Translations under genes and position numbers: made by a program
From: Mobula hypostoma
Taxonomy: Eukaryota
Length of the DNA: 64,000 nucleotides
NCBI RefSeq assembly: GCF_963921235.1
Contig: NC_086110.1
Span: forward strand, 9,424,001-9,488,000
Direction of reading: 5' to 3'
Notes under the pieces: generated by a model
The model's database searches: none
What the model was told of the DNA's origin: nothing
Seen by the model: the letters and a program-made list of their open reading frames with translations, nothing else
In this document: positions 59,470-64,000 of the stretch, one piece after another
Layout of the letters: every line of letters begins with the position of its first letter
Numbering within the stretch: position 1 is the stretch's first letter

Positions 59470-62400
59470 ATCCTAACAATTGGAGGAGATGGCAATTGAA
59501 TGCATGGCTGAGAATTGGTGCAGGGAGCAGGGTTTTAGATTTTTGGATCATTGGGATCTCTTTTGGGGAAGGTGGGACCTGTACAGATTGGATGGGTTGC
59601 ACCTGAACTCGAGGGAGAGCAATATCCTTGCGGGTAGGTTCGCTGGCATGGTTCGGGAGGGTTTAAAATAATTTGCAAGGGGGATGGGACCCAGAGCGAT
59701 AGAGCAGTGAAAGAAGTGCATGGAGTAAAGCCAGATCTAACATACAGAGAGGCTTTGAGGAAAGAGAAGCAGAATAAACGGTGTACAGACAGTAACGTTG
59801 AAGGGCTGAAATGTGTGTACCTCAATGCAAGAAGCATCAGGAACAAAGGTGATGAACTCAGAGTTTGGATACACATGGAATTATGATGTATTGGCCATGA
59901 CAGAGACTTGGCTGGCACCAGGGCAGGAACGGATTCTCAATATTCCTGGATTTCAGTGCTTTAAAAGGGATAGAGAGGGCGGAAAAGGGGAGGAGGGGTG
60001 GCATTACTGGTCAGGGATACTATTACAGCTACAGAAAGGGTAGGTAAATAGCAGGATCCTCTTTTGAGTCAGTATGGGTGGAAGTCAGGAATAGGAAGGG
60101 AGCGGTTACTCTATTGGGAGTATTCTATAGGCCCCCTGGTAGCAGCAGAGATACAGAGGAGCAGATTGGGAGGCAGATTTTGGAAAGGTGCAAAAATAAC
60201 AGGGTTGTTATCATGGGTGACTTTAACTTCCCTAATATTGATTGGCACCTGATTAGTTCCAAGGGTTTAGAAGGGGCAGAGTTTGGTCAGTATGTCCAGG
60301 ACAGATTCCTGTCATGGTATGTGGACAGGCCGACTAAGGGGAATGCCATACTAGATGTAGTACTAGGTAATGAACCGGGTCAGGTCACAGATCTCTCAGT
60401 GGGTGAGCATCTGGGGACAGTGATCTCCGCTCCCTAGCCTTCTGCATTATGGAAAAGGATAGAACCAGAGAGGACAGGAACATTTTTAATTGGGGAAGGG
60501 CAAATTATGAGGCTATAAGGCTAGAAGTTGCGAGTGTGAATTGGGATGATGTTTTTGCAGGGAAATGTACTATGGACATGTGGTCGATGTCTGCAAATCT
60601 CTTGCAGGATGTTAGGGATAAATTTGTCCCGGTGAGGAAGGTAAAGAATGGTAGGGTGAAGGAACCATGGATGCCAAATGAGGTGGAAAATCTAGTCAGG
60701 TGGTAGAAGGCAGCATACATGAGGTTTAGGAAGCAAGAATCAGATGGGTCTATTGAGGAATATAGGGAAGCAAGAAAGGAGCTTAAGAAGGGGCTGAGAA
60801 GAGCAAGAAGGGGGCAAGAGAAGGCCATGGCGAGTAGGGTAAAGGAAAACCCCAAGGCATTCTTCAATTATGTGAAGAAAAAAAGGATGACAGGACTGAA
60901 GGTAGGACCGATTGGAGATAAAGGTGGGAAGATGTGCCTGGAGGCTGTGGAAGTCAGCGAGGTCCTCAATGAATACTTCTCTTCGGTATTCACCAATGAG
61001 AGGGAACTTGATGATGGTGAGGACAATATGAGTGAGGTTGATGTTCTAGAGCACGTTGATATTAAGGAAGAGAAGATGTTGGAGTTGTTAAAATACATTA
61101 GGACGGATAAGTCCCCGGGGCCTGATGGAATATTCCCCAGGCTGCTCCACGAGGTGAGGGAAGAGATTGCTGAGCATCTGGCTAGGATCTCTACGTCCTC
61201 GTTGTCCACGGGAATGGTACCGGAGGATTGAAGGGAGGCGAATGTTGTCCTCTTGTTCAAAAAAGGTCGTAGGGATAGTCCGGGTAATTATTGACCAGTG
61301 AGCTTTACGTCTGTGGTGGGAGAGCTGTTGGAAAAGAGTCTCAGAGATAAGATCTCTGGGCATTTAGAGAAGTATGGTCTGATCAGGGACAGTCAGCATG
61401 GCTTTGTGAAGAGCAGATCATGTCTAACAAGCCTGACAGAGTTCTTTGAGGAGGTGACCAGGCATGTAGATGAGGGTAGTGCAGTGGATGTGATCTATAT
61501 GGATTTTAGTAAGGCATTTGACAAGGTTCCACACGGTAGGCTTGTTCAGAAAGTCAGAAGGCATGGGCTCTAGGGAAGTTTGGCCAGGTGGATTCAGAAT
61601 TGGCTTTCCTGCAGAAGGAAGAGGGTCGTGGTGGAAGGAGTACATTCAGGTTGGAGGATTGTGACTAGAGGTGTCCCACGAGGATCTGTTCCGGGACCTC
61701 TACTTTTCGTGATTTTGTATTAAGGACCTTGCTGTAGAGGTAGAAGGGTGGGTTCGCAAGTTTGCAGACGACACAAAGGTTGGTGGTGTTGTAGATAGTG
61801 TAAAAGATTGTCAACGACTGCAGAGAGACATTGATAGGATGCAGAAGTGGGCTGAGAAGTGGCAGATGGAGTTCAGCCCGGCGAAGTGTGAGGTGGTACT
61901 TTTTGGAAGGACAAGCTCCAAGGCAGAGTACAAAGTAAATGGCAGGATACTTGGTAGTGTGGAGGAGCAGAGAGATCTGGGAGTACATGTCCACAGATCC
62001 CTGAAAGTTGCCTCACAGGTGGATAGGGTAGTTAAGAAAGCTTATGGGGTGTTAGCTTTTATAAGTCGAGGGATAGAGTTTAAGAGTTGCGATGTAATGA
62101 TGCAGCTCTATAAAACTCTGGTTAGACCACACTTGGATTACCGTGTCCAGTTCTGGTAGCCTCACTATAGGAAGGATGTTGAAGCATTGGAAAGGGGTCA
62201 GAGGAGATTTACCAGGATGCTACCAGGTTTAGAGTGTATGCATTATGATCAAAGATTAAGGGAGTTAGGGCTTTACTCTTTGGAGAGAAGGAGGATGAGA
62301 GGAGACATGATAGAGGTGTACAAGATAATAAGAGGAATAGATAGAGTGGATAGCCAGCGCCTCTTCCCCAGGGGACCACTGCTCAATACAAGAAGACATG

Positions 62401-62610
62401 GCTTTAAGGTAAGGGGTGGGAAGTTCAAGGGGATATTCGAGGAATATTTTTTACTCAGAGAGTGGTTGGTGCGTGGAATTCACTGCCTGAGTCAGTGGTG
62501 GAGCCAGATACACTAGTGAAGTTTAAGAGACTACTAGAAAGGTATATGGAGGAAATTAAGATGGGGGCTTATATGGGAGGCAGGGTTTGAGGGTCGGCAC
62601 AACATTGTGG
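59470..62610 (+). mobile_element. CR1 LINE, ORF1 esterase to 3' end, degenerate
   Basis: ORFs 59480-59671, 60078-60437 (GDFNFP), 60719-61231, 61298-61573, 61839-62159 and 62187-62516. Confidence 0.92.
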
Positions 62611-62639
62611 TAGACATAGGACCGATTGAAAATGATGCT

Positions 62640-63370
62640 GGAAAAATTATAATTTGGGCAACAAAGGGATGGCAGAGGAACTAAATGAGTGTTTTGCATC
62701 AGTCTTCACAGTGGAAGACATTAGCAACATACCTGATAGCCAGAGGTCTCAGGGAATAGAATTAGGTACAGTCAAGATTACTAGAGAGAAAGTGCTTGGG
62801 AAGCTAAATGGACTAAGAATAGGTAAGTCTCCCGGACCAGATGAGGTGCACCCACGGATTCTGAAGTAGGTGGCTTTGGAGATTGTGGACTCTGAATCTC
62901 AGGAATCAGTAGACTCTGGCATGTTCCGGAGGACTGGAAGGTCGCAAATGTAGTTCTGTTGTTTAATAAAGGAGGGGGGCAGCAAAAAGAAAATTACAGA
63001 CCTATTAGTCTGACATCGGTGGTTGGAGTCAATCCTCAAGGACGAGGTTATGAAATACCTCGAGGTGCATGACAAGATAGGCCTAAGCCAGCGTGGTTCC
63101 ATGAAGGGAAGATCCTGCCTCACCAACCTATTGGAAATTTTTGAGGTAATCTCAAATAAGATTGATAAGGGAGAGGCTGTTGATGTTGTGTGTTTGGATT
63201 TTCAAAAGGTCTTCGATAAGGTGCTGCATAAGAGGCTGCTTAATAAGATGAAATCCCATGGAGTTACAGGAAAGATATTGGAATGGGTGGAACATTGGCT
63301 GATAGGCAGAAAGCAAAGGGTGGGAATAAAAGGATTGGTTGCTGGTTACTAGTGCTGTTCCGCAGGGATC
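62640..63370 (+). mobile_element. CR1 linker/RT fragment
   Basis: ORFs 62654-62869 (KSPGPD) and 63023-63352 (DFQKVFDKV). Confidence 0.85.
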
Positions 63371-63374
63371 GGTC

Positions 63375-63546
63375 CGCAGAAGGCGCGATTGATAGGTTTG
63401 TGGCCTAAGGTAGAAGGGGATGAGTTATTAACTTCAAACTTTCTGCATTATCACTCAAAGAGTTGAACTGCACGTGCCTTTAACGAGAGTGTCTTAGACA
63501 TTCAGGTGGTCCACAGCAAGGGTGATTGATAAGTTCGTGGCCTTAT
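63375..63546. mobile_element. Tc1/mariner-like MITE terminal fragments
   Basis: Two direct copies of GATTGATA(G/A)GTT(T/C)GTGGCCT, which resembles a mariner TIR. Confidence 0.45.
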
Positions 63547-63559
63547 GCAGGCGGAGGAA

Positions 63560-64000
63560 GTTTGTAGGGAGACAGCAGATATTTATAGTAAGCACAGGGT
63601 TGTGATTGTGGAGGATTTTAATTTTCCACACATAGACTAGGATGCCCATTCTGTAAAAGGCATGGATCGTTTGGAGTTTCTCAAATGTGTGTAAGATAGT
63701 TTTTTGCAGCAATACATAGAGGTACCAACTAGAGAAGGGGCAGTGTTGGATCTCCTGTTAGGGAAGGAGACAGGGCAGGTGACGGAGGTAATTGTTGGGG
63801 AGCACTTTGGCTCCGGTGATCACAATATTATTAGTTCTAATATAATTATGGAGAAGGATAGGACCGGACCTAGGACTGAGATTTTTGATTGGAGAAAGGC
63901 TAACTTTAATGAGATGTGAAAGGATTTAGAAGGAGTGGATTGGGACAATTTGTTGCATGGAAAGGATGTAATAGAAAAATGGAGGTCATTTAAAGATGAA
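63560..64000 (+). mobile_element. CR1 endonuclease fragment running off the window
   Basis: DFNF, PTREGAVLDLLLG and GSGDHN motifs (ORF 63704-63919). Confidence 0.85.

Overview
This is repeat-dense vertebrate genomic DNA, most likely a cartilaginous fish and probably a ray (inferred from the CR1, Rex1/Babar, L1/Tx1, Penelope and tRNA-SINE repertoire). Most of the window is degenerate, often nested transposable elements, and nearly all ORFs in the supplied track are LINE fragments or their antisense shadows. One host gene is clearly supported, on the minus strand at about 53.1-56.0 kb. It is an immunoglobulin-superfamily receptor with a germline-joined VJ-type V exon, a C1-set exon and a transmembrane exon carrying a lysine. 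All three exons have canonical GT-AG phase-1 junctions, so it looks like a non-rearranging NCR3/NKp30-like or proto-antigen-receptor-like gene. Other notable structure: two intact minimal hammerhead-ribozyme motifs in Penelope tails, plus decayed copies; three fold-back Penelope insertions with 11-13 bp target-site duplications (TSDs); a 9.1 kb hAT (Buster/Charlie-type) transposon carrying five nested insertions; a Chapaev3-like transposase remnant split by a SINE; an internally inverted L1; a solo LTR; and weak candidate exons of an unidentified plus-strand gene at 6-9.6 kb. Repeat boundaries without a stated TSD are approximate. No database search could be run.
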